Counted from the stretch's first letter, positions 25,348-38,989 are shown. The stretch: DNA of 64,000 nt from Octopus vulgaris (GCA_951406725.2 OX597817.1:144770001-144834000); one strand, 5' to 3'. Notes: generated by a model from the letters alone, not told the origin. Numbers and translations are program-made.

Positions 25348-27054
25348 GGGAAGCTTTATGAAAATAAACAAAAGACGAAGGCAGGTATATATAAATGTGC
25401 AATGAAATTATGAATATACTTATTTGTATATATATGTATGTGTGTGTGTATAAATATGTGTATGTATGTGTGTGTGTGTATTTTCTTTGTATTTACTTAT
25501 CCCTTCTCTATAATTAATCCTTTAAATCTTGTCTGGCTGGAAGATAAAAGTCTGTCCTTTGAGACCGAAGACAGTATCACGTTGCATTTTTTCTCTCATT
25601 GTCATGTTAAATTATCACAAACAAACAGGACTACATTTCTGATGGCAAATACCAGCTGAGAGAAAGTGTAATGGTTGGCTGTGTTAGCAATGAGGAAACA
25701 AACCTTATCACAATAACAGAGACACCGGAATGGTGGGTGGTGCGGGTGGTAAAGCATGTTGAAAAACAATTAAATACTTGTAACTAAACTTGTTCTTCTG
25801 GAGAAAAAATATTGTGTGCCCTGTGGGTAGGTGGTCCCTTAAACATTCTGAAGAACTCCTGTTGTTCATTAAATGTAATCCACAATGTGTTTATATAATC
25901 TGTATTGCTCTTTAATATATTTCACTTTTGGATTTGGTTTGCAAGATTCTTTATATGAGTTCATGTGTTGAGTCATATTCTGTTGTGTCTGGGGAGAGTC
26001 ATTTTCTTTTTGTGCCTTATAATTTAAAACACTCACCGGTAAAATTTAATATACTTATGTTAGAATAATGGTGAATGAGATAAAAAATCTTGGAGTCTTC
26101 CATCTGAGCAATCATTCTTTCATTCCTTTTATGTATCACTGTTTGGAAACAGCTGTGCCATTGGTTAGCAGTGTCTTTGGTTACAAGTTTCAAATAGACC
26201 AATCATTGGTATACATTTCTCATGATGAGTGACAAGGGAATGTGTGTAACTTGGTGGACTTAGTTCAAAGAAGGCTGCTGTTTTGTGAATGTTTACATGC
26301 TCCCCATACATGCATTCATGTTCCTGGCTGACACAGGTATAGTTGTGTAGTTAAGAAATTCACTTGGTTACAGGTTCAGTCCCTTTGCATGGCACCTTGG
26401 GCAAGTGTATTCTTTTATGGTCCTGGACCAGCTAAACCTTGTGAGTACACTGGAATTACAGAAACTAAAATCATGTCCATCATTTGTGTATTGTGTGTGT
26501 ATGTTTGTGTGTGTCAATGTCCTGACATTGTGTGATAATTGTAAAATAAGCATCACTGTCACAAAAGCTGTGTCCTTCATTTCCAACCTCCCACAAAAAT
26601 GTGTCCAGCATCGAGGAAATGTTACCTTGTTTGGAAACAAGTGGGGAATGTCAACAAGGGAATCAAGCCATAGAAAAATCTGCTTCAGTAAAACGGTTGA
26701 GAAGCATTTTTTACATTTAGTGAAAGAGTTAGGAAGAGTTTTGGCCTTTAGTAATTTTCATAATTTAAAAAGTGATAGAATGAGTAAAAGGAAACTCAGG
26801 TGGGCCAATATGTTATACCTTGGTGTCATGGTTGATATACTAAAATGACATATGCAAAATTCCTTAATTAATTGAACTTTGACATCATGGAAACTTCTGC
26901 CATAAGAAATTGTGTCATGTCATCAGAGCCTAAAAAATTCCTCGTTCATTGACATAATTGACAGACTCCAAGATAAATGACCTCACTACCAAAAGAGGTC
27001 ACCTACAAATAAACACTGACCTACCATGGGGAATTTATAAAATTAGCCACAACA

Positions 27055-27085
<31 letters not shown>

Positions 27086-27088
<3 letters not shown>

Positions 27089-27470
27089 GTGCATGCTAAG
27101 TTAGTTGGCAGGTATTTTATCTTGATGTTTGGTAATAATAAGTCTCCTTAAACCTCAAAAATCTTTTTTAAGAGTCTTGCCAAATATAGGTTGGTACTTT
27201 ACCAGTTGACAATGCAAGTTTCAGTTCCACTCTCTTTCGGTCTTTTAGGTAGCATTTCGGGCATTGTGCCAAGTGAACCCAATTTTTCAATTTCTTTGGT
27301 ATCAACTCTATTATCATAGGGAATTGCAAAGTCTGTGATATTGCACCGTTTTAAGTTGCCCTCTGTAATCATATCTGATCTTCTTAATTAAATATCATGG
27401 TCAGTCTTTAAGAGGAACTCCCATATGGTCCTGTAATTCTCATTATCAGTCATAACCTCTTTCAGCTTCT
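27086..27470 (-). mobile_element. Degenerate 3' fragment of an R4/Dong-like non-LTR retroelement (restriction-like endonuclease region) ending in (TAA)n
   Basis: Minus-strand remnants ENYRTIWEF.LKTDH..RRSDMI...CNITDFAIPYDNRVDTKEIEK...LGTMP..LPKR; abuts (TTA)n at about 27056-27086, the known target of Dong-type elements. Confidence 0.7.
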
Positions 27471-27593
27471 GTTGCTAAATCAATTGACTAGGCTTTCGTT
27501 GCTCTGGGACTATAGTAGAAGGCACTTATCTCAAGTGACCTTGCAATAGAACTGAATCTGGAGACTGTGCCTATATATTTTTGTGTATATTTA

Positions 27594-27640
<47 letters not shown>

Positions 27641-27645
<5 letters not shown>

Positions 27646-28034
27646 TGAATTAGAGATAAAACCGCTATTAGGCAACTCAAACAGTGATATACATAAACCA
27701 ATACATAAATAAAAAATAATATAAATATAATTAATATAATATAATATATATTATTTTTTTTCCAAAACGTATAAAAAGAATGATAAATATAATATAATAA
27801 GTATAATATAATAAATGTTATTAAATAATATAAATATATTATACAATAAGTATTATATAATAAATATAATATAATAATACTTATATTTATCATTCTTTTT
27901 ATACATTTTGGAAAAAAAAATAACATATATATATATTATATTAATTATATTTATATTATTTTTTATTTATGTATTGGTTTATGTCTATCACTGTTTGAGT
28001 TACCTAATAGTGGTTTTATCTCTAATTCATATTT
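27641..28034. repeat. ~400-bp AT-rich palindrome (inverted Penelope-like terminal repeats)
   Basis: Arms about 27641-27791 and 27882-28034 are reverse complements with few mismatches. Confidence 0.85.
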
Positions 28035-28129
28035 CATATGTTTATACTGTGAAATTTGATTTAATACTAAATCTAATTTTTCCCTGTAAGTTTGAAGCTA
28101 TACTCCCTAATATTATATATATATGTATA

Positions 28130-28187
<58 letters not shown>

Positions 28188-28958
28188 TGTATTTGTAGCT
28201 GTGTAACATGTTCTCCGTTTTTTTTTTGTCTCCATTCTGTTTTTAGTCTTTGTTGTCGTACACATTCGCTTGCTTTCTTACAAAAAGTCTAATAATAAAC
28301 TTAGACTTTTGGGGTGGGGGGCAACCAGATTGAACAATCTTAAGTGTAACTGCCTGAAACTGTAAGGACATCTGGTAACTTGACTGATGAAAGAAGGCCC
28401 TGAATGATCCGTCCTTTTCTTCATGTCCCTCTACTTGTTTTCCTGTTCGCCTTTGTATCATGTCTGGATGTTTTATTGTCCTCTATTGCATTTTTGTTTT
28501 ATTTTATATATATATATATATACTTGTGATTGTATCTTCTTCAAGTTGGCTCCTCCAGCATGGCCACAGTCTAAGGACTGAAACATGTGAAGGCTAAAAG
28601 ATAAAAGACATTATTTATTCTTGAACATTTGTGAAAATAGTTGTTTGCTATACATCAAAAGTGCCTTTAATAATTATTGAGAATTTATATGGAAATTATT
28701 TTGAACAAAAGTATAAAACAAACAAGACCAAAATGTGTGTGGAGTGGGGTGGGGGTTATTTATTGCTTATGTTTGCTTGCTTGTGGAAGAGTATGAAAGA
28801 TTTTAAAGAGGATTGCTTCAGCAATATTTCATGTTTTTGATTAAGAAAAAAATAAAAATAAGAGAACCGTCTGCTGAATGAGATTTTCTATTTAGTTTCA
28901 AGTATTGTGTGGATTAAGATGTCCTGCTCTACCTTAAAATTGCAAGCAAGGGATATAT

Positions 28959-29169
28959 ACTCTTTTACTCTTTTACTTGTTTCAGTCATTTGACTGAGGC
29001 CATGCTGGAGCACCGCCTTTAATCGAGCAACTCGACCCCGGGACTTATTCTTTGTAAGCCCAGTACTTATTCTATCGGTCTCTTTTTGTCAAACCGCTAA
29101 GTGACGTGGACGTAAACACACCAGCATCGGTTGTCAAGCAATGCTAGGGGGACAAACACAGACACACAA

Positions 29170-29200
<31 letters not shown>

Positions 29201-29368
29201 CATATATACGACAGGCTTCTTTCAGTTTCCATCTACCAAATCCACTCACAAGGCATTGGTCGGCCCGGGGCTATAGCAGAAGACACTTGCCCAAGATGCC
29301 ATGCAGTGGGACTGAACCCGGAACCATGTGGTTGGTTAGCAAGCTACTTACCACACAGCCACTCCTGC
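28959..29368 (-). mobile_element. SINE family A
   Basis: Near-identical to 62819-63237; its head abuts the 5' truncation point of the RTE. Confidence 0.85.
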
Positions 29369-31810
29369 ATATAAGATGCACCAAGTGTAAGCTATGGACA
29401 CATAAGAGGTGCAGCAATGTCAAAGGAAGGCTAACTAGGAAAATAGTTTTTGTCTGTGGCAAATGCTCAGGAGCAATAAACACTGGAAATATGCAGAGAC
29501 CAACTTCTGCCACGTTCCAGGGAGACAAACTAGAAGTAGTTGATAGCTTCCGCTACCTAGGAGACCAAGTCAGTAGCGGGGGTGGGTGTGCTGAAAGTGT
29601 AACTGCTAGAGTAAGAATAGCCTGGGCAAAGTTTAGAGAGCTCTTACCCCTGCTGGTGACAAAAGGCCTCTCGCTCAGAGTAAAAGGCAGACTGTATGAT
29701 GCATGTGTACGTACAGCCATGCTACATGGTAGTGAAACATGGGCCGTGACTGCTGAGGATATGCGTAAGCTCGCAAGAAATGAAGCCAGTATGCTCCGAT
29801 GGATGTGTAATGTCAGTGTTCATAATCGTCAGAGTGTAAGTTCCTTGAGAGAAAAGCTGAACCTAAGAAGCGTCAGTTGTGGCGTGCAAGAGAGACGGCT
29901 GCGCTGGTATGGTCATGTGACAAGAAAGGCTGAAGATAGTTGTGTGCAAAAGTGCTACACCCTAGCAGTGGAGGGAACCTGTGGAAGAGGTAGACCCAGG
30001 AAAACCTGGGACGAGGTGGTGAAGCACGACCTTCGAACTTTAGGTCTCACTAAGGAAATGTCTAGAGACCGAGACCTATGGAAGTATGCTGTGCATGAGA
30101 AGACCCGGCAAGACTAGTCAGGCCATAACCCGTGGCCCCGACCTGGGACGTAGTCAGTCCTGTGCATACCTTCCTTCTTGTGACACTTATGAAGACCTGT
30201 TGAGGCAAGTGAAAATCAAATCAAATCAAATCAAAACAAATCAAAATAGATGAACATCAGTGGAATTGTATTCTTTGTGGTACCAGTGCCGGTGGCACAC
30301 AAGAAAACCACCCAAACGTGGCCGTAACCAGTACCGCATCGACTGGCCTCCGTGCTGTGGGCACAACAAACACCATCCGATCGTGGCCGTTCGCCAGCCT
30401 CATCTGGCACCTGTGCCGGTGGCACATAAAGACACCATCCGAAGACCCGGCGACGTAGTCAGTCCACCTGTGCATACCTTCCCTCTTATGACACTTGTGA
30501 AGACCTGTTGAGGCAAGTGTGTGACACTTGTGAAGACCTATTGAGGCAGAGGCAAGTGTGTGACACTGGTGGAGACCTGTTGAGGCAAGTGTGTGACCCT
30601 TGTGAAGACCTGTTGAGGCAAGTGAAAATCAAACCAAATCAAAATAGATGAATATCAATGGAATTTGTATCTTTGTGGTTCCAGTACAGGTGGCACACAA
30701 GAAAACCATCCGAACGTGGCCGTAGCTGGTACCGCATCGACTGGCCTCCGTGCTGTGGGCACAACAAACACCATCTGATCGTGGCCGTTCGCCAGCCTCA
30801 CCTGGCACCTGTGTCGGTGGCACATAAAAACACCATCCAAAGACCCGGCGACGTAGTCAGTCCACCTGTGCATACCTTCCCTCTTATGACACTTGTGAAG
30901 ACCTGTTGAGGCAGAGGCAAGTGTGTGACACTTTGTGAAGACCTGTTGAGGCAGAGGCAAGTGTGTGACACTTGTGGAGACCTGTTGAGGCAAGTGTGTG
31001 ACACGCGTGACACTTGTGAAGACCTGTTGAGGCAAGTGAAAATCAAAATCAAACCAAATCAAAATAGATGAACATCAATGGAATTTGTATCTTTGTGGTT
31101 CCAGTACCGGTGGCACATAAAGACACCATCCGAAGACCCGGCGACGTAGACAGTCCACCTGTGCATACCTTCCTTCTTGTGACACTTGTGAAGACCTGTT
31201 GAGGCAAGTGAAAATCAAATCAAATCAAATCAAAACAAATCAAAATAGATGAACATAAATGGAATTTGTACCTTTGTGGTACCAGTGCCGGTGGCACACA
31301 AGAAAATCATCCGAACGTGGCCGTAGCCAGTACCGCATAGACTGGCCTCCGTGCTTTGGGGACGTAACAAACACCATCCGATCGTGGCCGTCCGCCAGCC
31401 TCATCTGGCACCTGTGTCGGTGGCACATAAAAACACCATCCGAGCGTGGCCGTCTGCCAGCCTCGTCTGGCACCTGCCAGCCTCATCTGGCACCTGTGTC
31501 GGTGGCACATAAAAACACCATCCGAGCGTGGCCGTCTGCCAGCCTCGTCTGGCACCTGTGTCGGTGGCACATAAAAACACCATCCGAGCGTGGCCGTTCG
31601 CCAGCCTCGTCTGGCACCTGTGTCGGTGGCACATAAAATCACCCACTACACTCTCGGAGTGGTTGGCGTTAGGAAGGGCATCCAGCTGTAGAAACACTGC
31701 CAGATCTGACTGGCCTGGTGCAGCCTTCGGGCTCCCCAGACCCCAGTTGAACCGTCCAACCCATGCTAGCATGGAAAACGGACGCTAAATGATGATGATG
31801 ATGATGATGA
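29369..31810 (+). mobile_element. 5'-truncated RTE-clade LINE: ORF2 C-terminal ~250 codons (29369-30117), tandemly expanded 3' UTR, (GAT)n tail
   Basis: Uninterrupted ...LEVVDSFRYLGD...ARVRIAWAKFREL...LYDACVRTAMLHGSETW...RRLRWYGHV...GRGRPRKTW...DRDLWK, typical of the RTE ORF2 C-terminus. Ends ...gcatggaaaacggacgctaaa(tga)n. Confidence 0.92.
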
Positions 31811-32625
31811 TATCATCATCATCATCATCATTGCTTAATGTCTGCCTTCCATGCATGCATGGGTGTGTGTGTGTATGTAGTACAAATGTCTTGTTTCCAT
31901 AAGTTCTGAATTAAAATCTTCCACCAAACCTAAGTCACAATTTATGTTCAAAACACCAGCCTAATGATAACGGAGTTATTTAACTAAATTCTTTGTTATA
32001 TTTAAAATTAATTGAAAGACACACAGAGCATCTCAACAGAAATATGGTAAAAGGGTTAATAATAATCCTCTCTACTGGAAGCACAAGGCCTCAAATTGGG
32101 GGGAAGGGATTAAGTTGATTACATCGACTCCAGTGCATAACTGGTACTTATTTAATTGACCCCAAAAGGATGAAAGACAAAGTTGACCTCAGTGAAATTT
32201 GAACTCATAACATGAAGTTGGACAAAATACCACTAAGCATTTGGCCAGCGTGCTAATGATTCTGCCAGCCTGCCACCCTAACAGGGTTAATAATAATAAT
32301 AATAATAATAATTACTATTATCATTATTGCTACTCTTGGTACAAAGCCTGAAACTTTGAGGGAAGGGAGTCTTTTAAATTTTATTGACCTTAGTACTTGA
32401 CTGGAAGTGACTTCGTCGACCCTGAAAGGATAAAGGGTAAAGCATACCTTAGCAACGCTTGAACTCATAATGTAAAGATGGACGAAATGCCACTAAGCCT
32501 TTTGTCCAGGGTGCTCATGAATTCTTCTACCCTAAAGGCAATATAAGATTTAAAATGCTAATGATGATAATGGCACAGTGCTTGTGAGGTTAAAGTACAG
32601 TTTATTCATGTGATGTACTCTAAGA

Positions 32626-32815
32626 CAGGGGTCTCCAAAGTGGTTGATATTGATCCCTGGAGGTCGATAGGACTATTCAAGGGGTTGGTAAATGTACATC
32701 TACTTAATTATTATTATTATTTATTTGTTTTCTTGTATATGCCTGGTGGTGAGATCGATGAGAGGTCAAGTATTTCATGAAAGGGTTGATGGTGTAAAAA
32801 GTTTAGGGACCCCTG
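32626..32815. mobile_element. hAT (Charlie-like) MITE
   Basis: TIRs caggggtctccaaa / tttagggacccctg; perfect 8-bp TSD ctctaaga (32618-32625 and 32816-32823). Confidence 0.8.
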
Positions 32816-33616
32816 CTCTAAGACATGATCTTTGCTTAATTGCAAAGTGCCTTAATTTGCTTAATTGCAAAGTACTCTAAGACATGATCTTTGCATAATT
32901 GCATATCTTTGCTTAATTGCAAAGTACCAAAGTACCAATTCTTTCTCTGTGCCTCAAGTGTAAAGGAGGACAACAACACCTCTTACCTTGAGTTGGTGAA
33001 GGACTCCCAAGGGGATTCCTCAACCACTGACTAGAACTTGTCATACGACTCAGAGACACTCTTTACCCAACCCACTGGTCTGTAGCTAGAATACTGAAAG
33101 AATTACCATTCCGTCTTTACCAACTGCCCAACAAATAAATGAAGAGGACTTTCAAATTGTTCACATTATCATGACACCTCTTTCATTTCCCTTATCTCTT
33201 TCGGTGCATCACCCATCCACCTCCCCATTCGCTCCTGGCACCTCACCCACTCTGCCAAAGTGTCAAATGGTTAACAATGAATTTACTTACAGATGTCCAA
33301 ATCTGTTTTAAAAAAGCAGAAATGCATCACATTCATTTGTGCATGGAAAAATCTATGCCAAGCATTGGTGTATTTTTTGTTAGTATTTTTTTTCCTTTTT
33401 TTTTTCCTTTTAATATATTGGTTTTGTGGTTTGATAGTATTGATTTTTGTAAAGTGAATACAAAGAATAAGTGATTTTTTTTTTTTTTCAATTTCTAAAG
33501 ATTTTTTCTTTTAATATCATATATGTGTGTGTGTGTGCGCACGCGCTTTTTTTCGGATATACGATACATTGACTATATATATATATATATATATATATAC
33601 ATACATATTTATATGT

Positions 33617-33806
33617 AAACTTTTGGAGACTGAATTTTCAGCAGTTATGACACTTCAAAAGTTAAATTGAAAGAAAATAATGATGTGTGTGTGTGTGTCT
33701 GTCTGTCTCTTTCCATATATATATATATATATATATAAAACATTATTTTCTTTCAATTTAACTTTTGAAGTGTCATAACTGCTGAAAATTCAGTCTCAAA
33801 AAGTTT
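33617..33806. repeat. 66-bp inverted repeat around a microsatellite spacer
   Basis: 33617-33682 versus 33741-33806, one mismatch seen; a related single arm lies at 34847-34905. Confidence 0.85.
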
Positions 33807-36800
33807 TATATTAAGATACTGTATTTCTATTTGCATACAAATAAAAAAGATGTATTGAATAGTGTTTTAATTGTATTTTCAGAAAAGTGTATAATATTTG
33901 TTTGATCTCAGTGCAAAACTAATAATTTCATCACCACCACCACCACATCATCATCATCATCGTCATCATCCATTCTATTTCACATCTGTTATCCATGGTG
34001 CGAGCCAATATATTCTAACCACAAAATCACATGCTTTTACTACATGTGTATACACAGAAGCAAAAGTACACATGACTCTATTGTTCTTGCTATCAAATTA
34101 TGTAGTCCTTGAGCAAGACACTTTACTTCACGTTGCGCCAGTCCACTCAGCTGGCAAAAATGTGTTGCACCTGTATTTCAAATGACCAGTCTTGTCACAT
34201 TCTGTGTCATGCTGAATACCCCTGAAAATTATGTTAAGTGCATGCATATCAGTGGAGTACTCGGCCTCATGTTAATTTCACAAGCAGGCTGTTCCATTGA
34301 TCAAATCAACTGGAACACGTGTCATCGTCAGTGATGGAGAGCCTGGCCATTACACATCCATGGTGTTCGATGGACAGATCCTCACAGCATCTTACAACTT
34401 ATTTGTTGTACTCCTTTGCCTTACTCTGGTAGAGAGAACTGCTGATTTTTGTAACTTGCAAAGTCTATGTCCCCTCCATTGAATCTATTTTTAGGGTGTT
34501 AAGTTTTTCAGTGGGATGACCAATCCTTCTACCACGTGGACTGTGTGAAAATATGACCGGACTGCTGCCAGAGTTTCCTTAGCAGTATTATAGGCCCTTA
34601 GGCTCTATATATTTATTGACTACAAACCACAGCATAAATAGATTTAGGGGGTGAATTCTGGAGTATCTGATACATCTATCAAACCCAACCTGTGTTAAAC
34701 TAATGGTTAAGAGTACAAGGTGTACTTAATGCTCCCACATTAAAGTACTGTCTATTTTTATAAATCTCCAATTAAAACACCATTCAATATCATTTTTCTT
34801 TTATATATTTCTGTTGAAATAAAAAAAAAAAACCATGTCTTAATATAAACCTTTTTGGAACTGAATTTTTATCAGTTATGACACGTGAAAAGTCAATTTG
34901 AAAAACTGCTGGAATATAATAAAAATGACTATGTTTAGAATTTAAACAAATCACTTATTGTATTCAGTTTACAAAAATCGATATGAAGGACGAAGGAAAT
35001 ATTTAACTAGAAACAACAAGACAATGTGTGTGTCTGTGTATACATGCACACACACACATAGCTGTATACACACACATAGATGTATGTAAAAGATCCTACA
35101 ACTGAACAGTATATATATTTTCAAACCCTTTTATTTCTATTCTATTCTTTCCTCTTCTTTCCACTCGTTTGCATTGCCTGAAACTTGTCTCAGTTTTTAG
35201 ACATTAAATTAAGAAATATTTTTCTCCTTGGTTAAGACACTGTTTTATTGTCTCACACAACTTGTTCATCACATCATCGTCGTTTAACGTCTGGTTTCCA
35301 TGCTAGCATGGGTTGGATGGTTCGACTGGGGTCTGGGAAGCCAGGAGGCCACACCAGGCTCCAGTCTGATCTGGCAGTGTTTCTACAGCTGAATCTCCTT
35401 CCTAACACCAACCACTCTGTGAGTGTAGTGGGTGCTTTTTACATGCCACTGGCACAGGGGCCAGGGGATGCTGGCAACGGCCATGATCAGTTGATGCTTT
35501 TTATGTGCCATCGGCACAGAAGCCAGTCAAGGCGGCACTAGCATCGGCCACGTTCAGATGGTACTTTTTACGTGCCACCGGCACATGTATCACAACTACA
35601 ATTTCCATTTGATTTTTATTTTGATATTGATGTACCTGACTCAATAGGTCTCCTCAAGCACAGGAGGTCACCCTACGATCCAAGGGTGGATTTCAGTTCG
35701 GCATTCTAAGAACAAAATATTTTTTTGTTGTATCTTGTGAGTGTCATTATGCCTGTTGTGAACACACTCATTGACTCTATTTCACCTCTATTTATCAGTT
35801 AGCTATTTTACCAATTAAATTATTGATTGTTTCATTAATCATTTGTTCAATCAGTCAGTCTGATAAGTTTGTCAAATTGCTTTCGTTACCAGTTAAAACC
35901 TCATCAATTATACCTTCTCAACTCCAGATCTGTTTCAAGCACACTTAGATCAGGCCGTGTCATTGATGAGGTCATGAATGGCAGCAGGAAGACATTGACA
36001 AACCAAGCTGATTAATTTGATTAACCCTTTAGCATTTAAGCTGGTCATAAATCGGCCCAAATATTCTGTGTGTTTTATGCTAGAACTGATCAGATCTAAA
36101 CTCTCACACCTACGCTACAATGCCATTCTAAAAATATACAAACAGCAACCAGATTCCACACCTTGTCATAAAGGAAGACTATAAATTAGTTTATAGTCCT
36201 GCCACATCATCCTTTTGCTTATTTCAGATTTAAGACTCTGGCCATGCTGGAGCATCACCTTGAAGAGTATAGTCAATCAAATTGACCAAAGTAATTCCTA
36301 CCTTCTTATTTCAAGACTGGTACTTATTTTATCAGTTTTTTTGGCCAAACTGCTAAGTTTCCAGGTTGTAAACAAATCGACACTGATTGTCAAATGGTAT
36401 AAGGACAAGCACACGCACACACGTGCATACACACACACATACACATGCATGCATACACACACAATAGACTTGCATGCAATTTCCAGGTGCCAGATTCACT
36501 CACAAAGCATTGATTGACTTGGAACTATAGTAGAAGACATTTGCCCCTGGTGCCATGCAGTGGGATTGAACCTGAAACCACAGGGTTGTTAAAACAAACT
36601 GCTTAACCTCACAGCCATGTCTGTTACGTATGCCATTCTTTGATCATAGTTGTAATCAATCAATGGTTGACCTAAGGGTAAAAAACTACAATATTATCAA
36701 CTTGTAGGGCAGCAAGATGTCAGATTCATTAGCACATCGGACAAGATTCTTTGCAGCGTGTTGTCCATCTTCATGTTCTGAGTTCAAATTCACCGAAGAT

Positions 36801-37225
36801 CAACGTTGCCTTTCATCCTCTCAGGGTCAACAAAATAAGCTGAAATTTGTAGAAAAACAAAAGACGAAGACAGGTGTATGGACAACAAGGCAGCGAGCTG
36901 GCAGAAACGTTAGCACACCAGGCGAAATGCTTAGCGGTATTGCATCTGCCGTTACATTCTGAGTTCAAATTCCGCCAAGGTTGACTTTGCCTTTCATCCT
37001 CTCGGGATCAATAAATTAAGTACCAGTTACACACTGGGGTCGATGTAATAGACACTTAATCCCTTTGTCTGTCCTTGTTTGTCTCCTCTATGTGTAGTTC
37101 CTTGTGGGCAATAAAGAAATTAAAAAAAACTGGCAGGTGTATTAGTTTGACGCTCGGGAAAATGAAAAAGTCTTTTATATTTTGATACTACGCTCTTAAC
37201 AGAAAGGAATAAGAGAAAATAAACT

Positions 37226-37620
37226 GGTGTAGGAGTGGCTATGTGGTAAGTAGCTTGCTTACCAACCACATGGTTCTGGGTTCAGTCCCACTGCGTGGCA
37301 CCTTGGGCAAGTGTTTTCTACCATAGCCTCAGGCCAACCAAAACCTTATGAGTGGATTTGGTAGAGAGAAACTGAAAGAATCTCATCGTATATGCGTGTG
37401 TGTGTGTGTGCTTGTGTGTCTGTGTTTGTCCAACCAATATTGCTTGACAACCAATGTTGGTGTGTTTACGTCCCCGTAACTTAGAAGTTCAGCAAAAGAG
37501 ACCGATAGAATAAGTGCTAGGCTTACAAAGAATAAGTCCTAGGGTTGATTTGCTCAACTTCTGGCAGTGTTCCAGCATGGCCACAGTCAAATGATTGAAA
37601 CAAGTAAAAGAATAAAAGAA
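37226..37620 (+). mobile_element. SINE family A
   Basis: Full head, core and tail. Confidence 0.8.
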
Positions 37621-38953
37621 AAGAGATAGAATGAAAAAGAACTTGTAGATTTAGCGGTCAAGCATGGCAATAAAATATGCACCAGTTGAGCACTGGGGTC
37701 ATTCTAATTGACTTACTCCCCACTGCTTCGCTTTCCCAAAATTGTTGGCCTTGTGCCAAAATTTGAAACCAATATTTAACAACTTATCGATGTCACAGCA
37801 CTCTTGCTACCAATAAACTATATACCTCTTACCTGTTCATTGTTAAGTGGACAAAGTTATTGAGAGTTAAGTGTACTTGTCAGAAAGCACAATGCCCAAC
37901 CAATGACAGACTATAAAACGTCAATTCTCTTTTTGATAGCTGATAGACATTTTAAGGACTCGCTCACCTGCAATTTTTCATTTTTATCATTTTTATCTTT
38001 TGCAACACAAATCAAGTTTATTTGGAATGTATTTGATTACAATGGATCCATCTACTTAGTTAGGAACTCTGAGATTCTATTCAATGTCTTTCATTATACT
38101 TATGCCAAAGCTGGTTCACACTTACCATTACACAGAACTGAGAATAATTGTAGATCTGATTTTGACTATATATTTTCTTATATTGGTACAAGATGCAAAT
38201 ATATAAAGTAGATGGTGGCTAACATTATGTGCTGATGATAACCATTCTTTACAATATTCTTTACATTAGTTTGGTTACAACTGTAATGGTTACAACTGTG
38301 ATTTGAAACCCCATTGTACAGCTGCCTTACAGACAGTTTGTTTTTTATTATATTTTTATTTTACGGTGTCGAGCTGACAGAAACGATAGCACACCAGGCA
38401 AAATGCTTACTGATATTTTGTCTGCTGCTATGTTCTGAGCACAAATTCTGCCGAGGTCGACTTTGCCTTTCATCCTTTCGGGGTCGATAAATTAAGTACC
38501 AGATATGCACTGGGGTCGATGCAATCGACTTAATCCGTTTGTCTGTCCTTGTTTGTCCCCTCTGTGTTTAGCCCCTTGTGGGTAGTAAAGAAATAGGTAT
38601 TTTGTCTGTCTTTATGTTCTGAGTCCAAATTCTGACGAGGTCAACTATGCTTTTCATCCTTTCAGAGTTGATAAATTAAGTTGCAGTTACGTACTGGGGT
38701 CGATCTAATAGACTGGCCCCACCTCCCCAAAAATTTCAGGCCTTGTGCCTAGAATAGAAAAGATTATATTTTTCTTTTGCTATATGTATTCAAAATAGCA
38801 AGTTATTCTGGTAGACATTAGAAGTTTGCTTCCCAACCACGTGGTTCCAGGTTCAATCCTGCTGCATGGCACCTTGTGACAAGTGTTGTCTTCTAAAGCC
38901 TCAGGCTGGCCAAACCCTTGTGAGTGGTTTGGTAGACAGAAACTTAAAAAAGC

Positions 38954-38989
<36 letters not shown>

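Noticed and set aside
29131-29368. N-terminal ~80 aa of the 328-aa ORF, suggesting a novel fusion protein
   Set aside because: It is the antisense strand of a SINE A copy that happens to be in frame with a truncated RTE; it starts at TTG and there is no evidence of expression.
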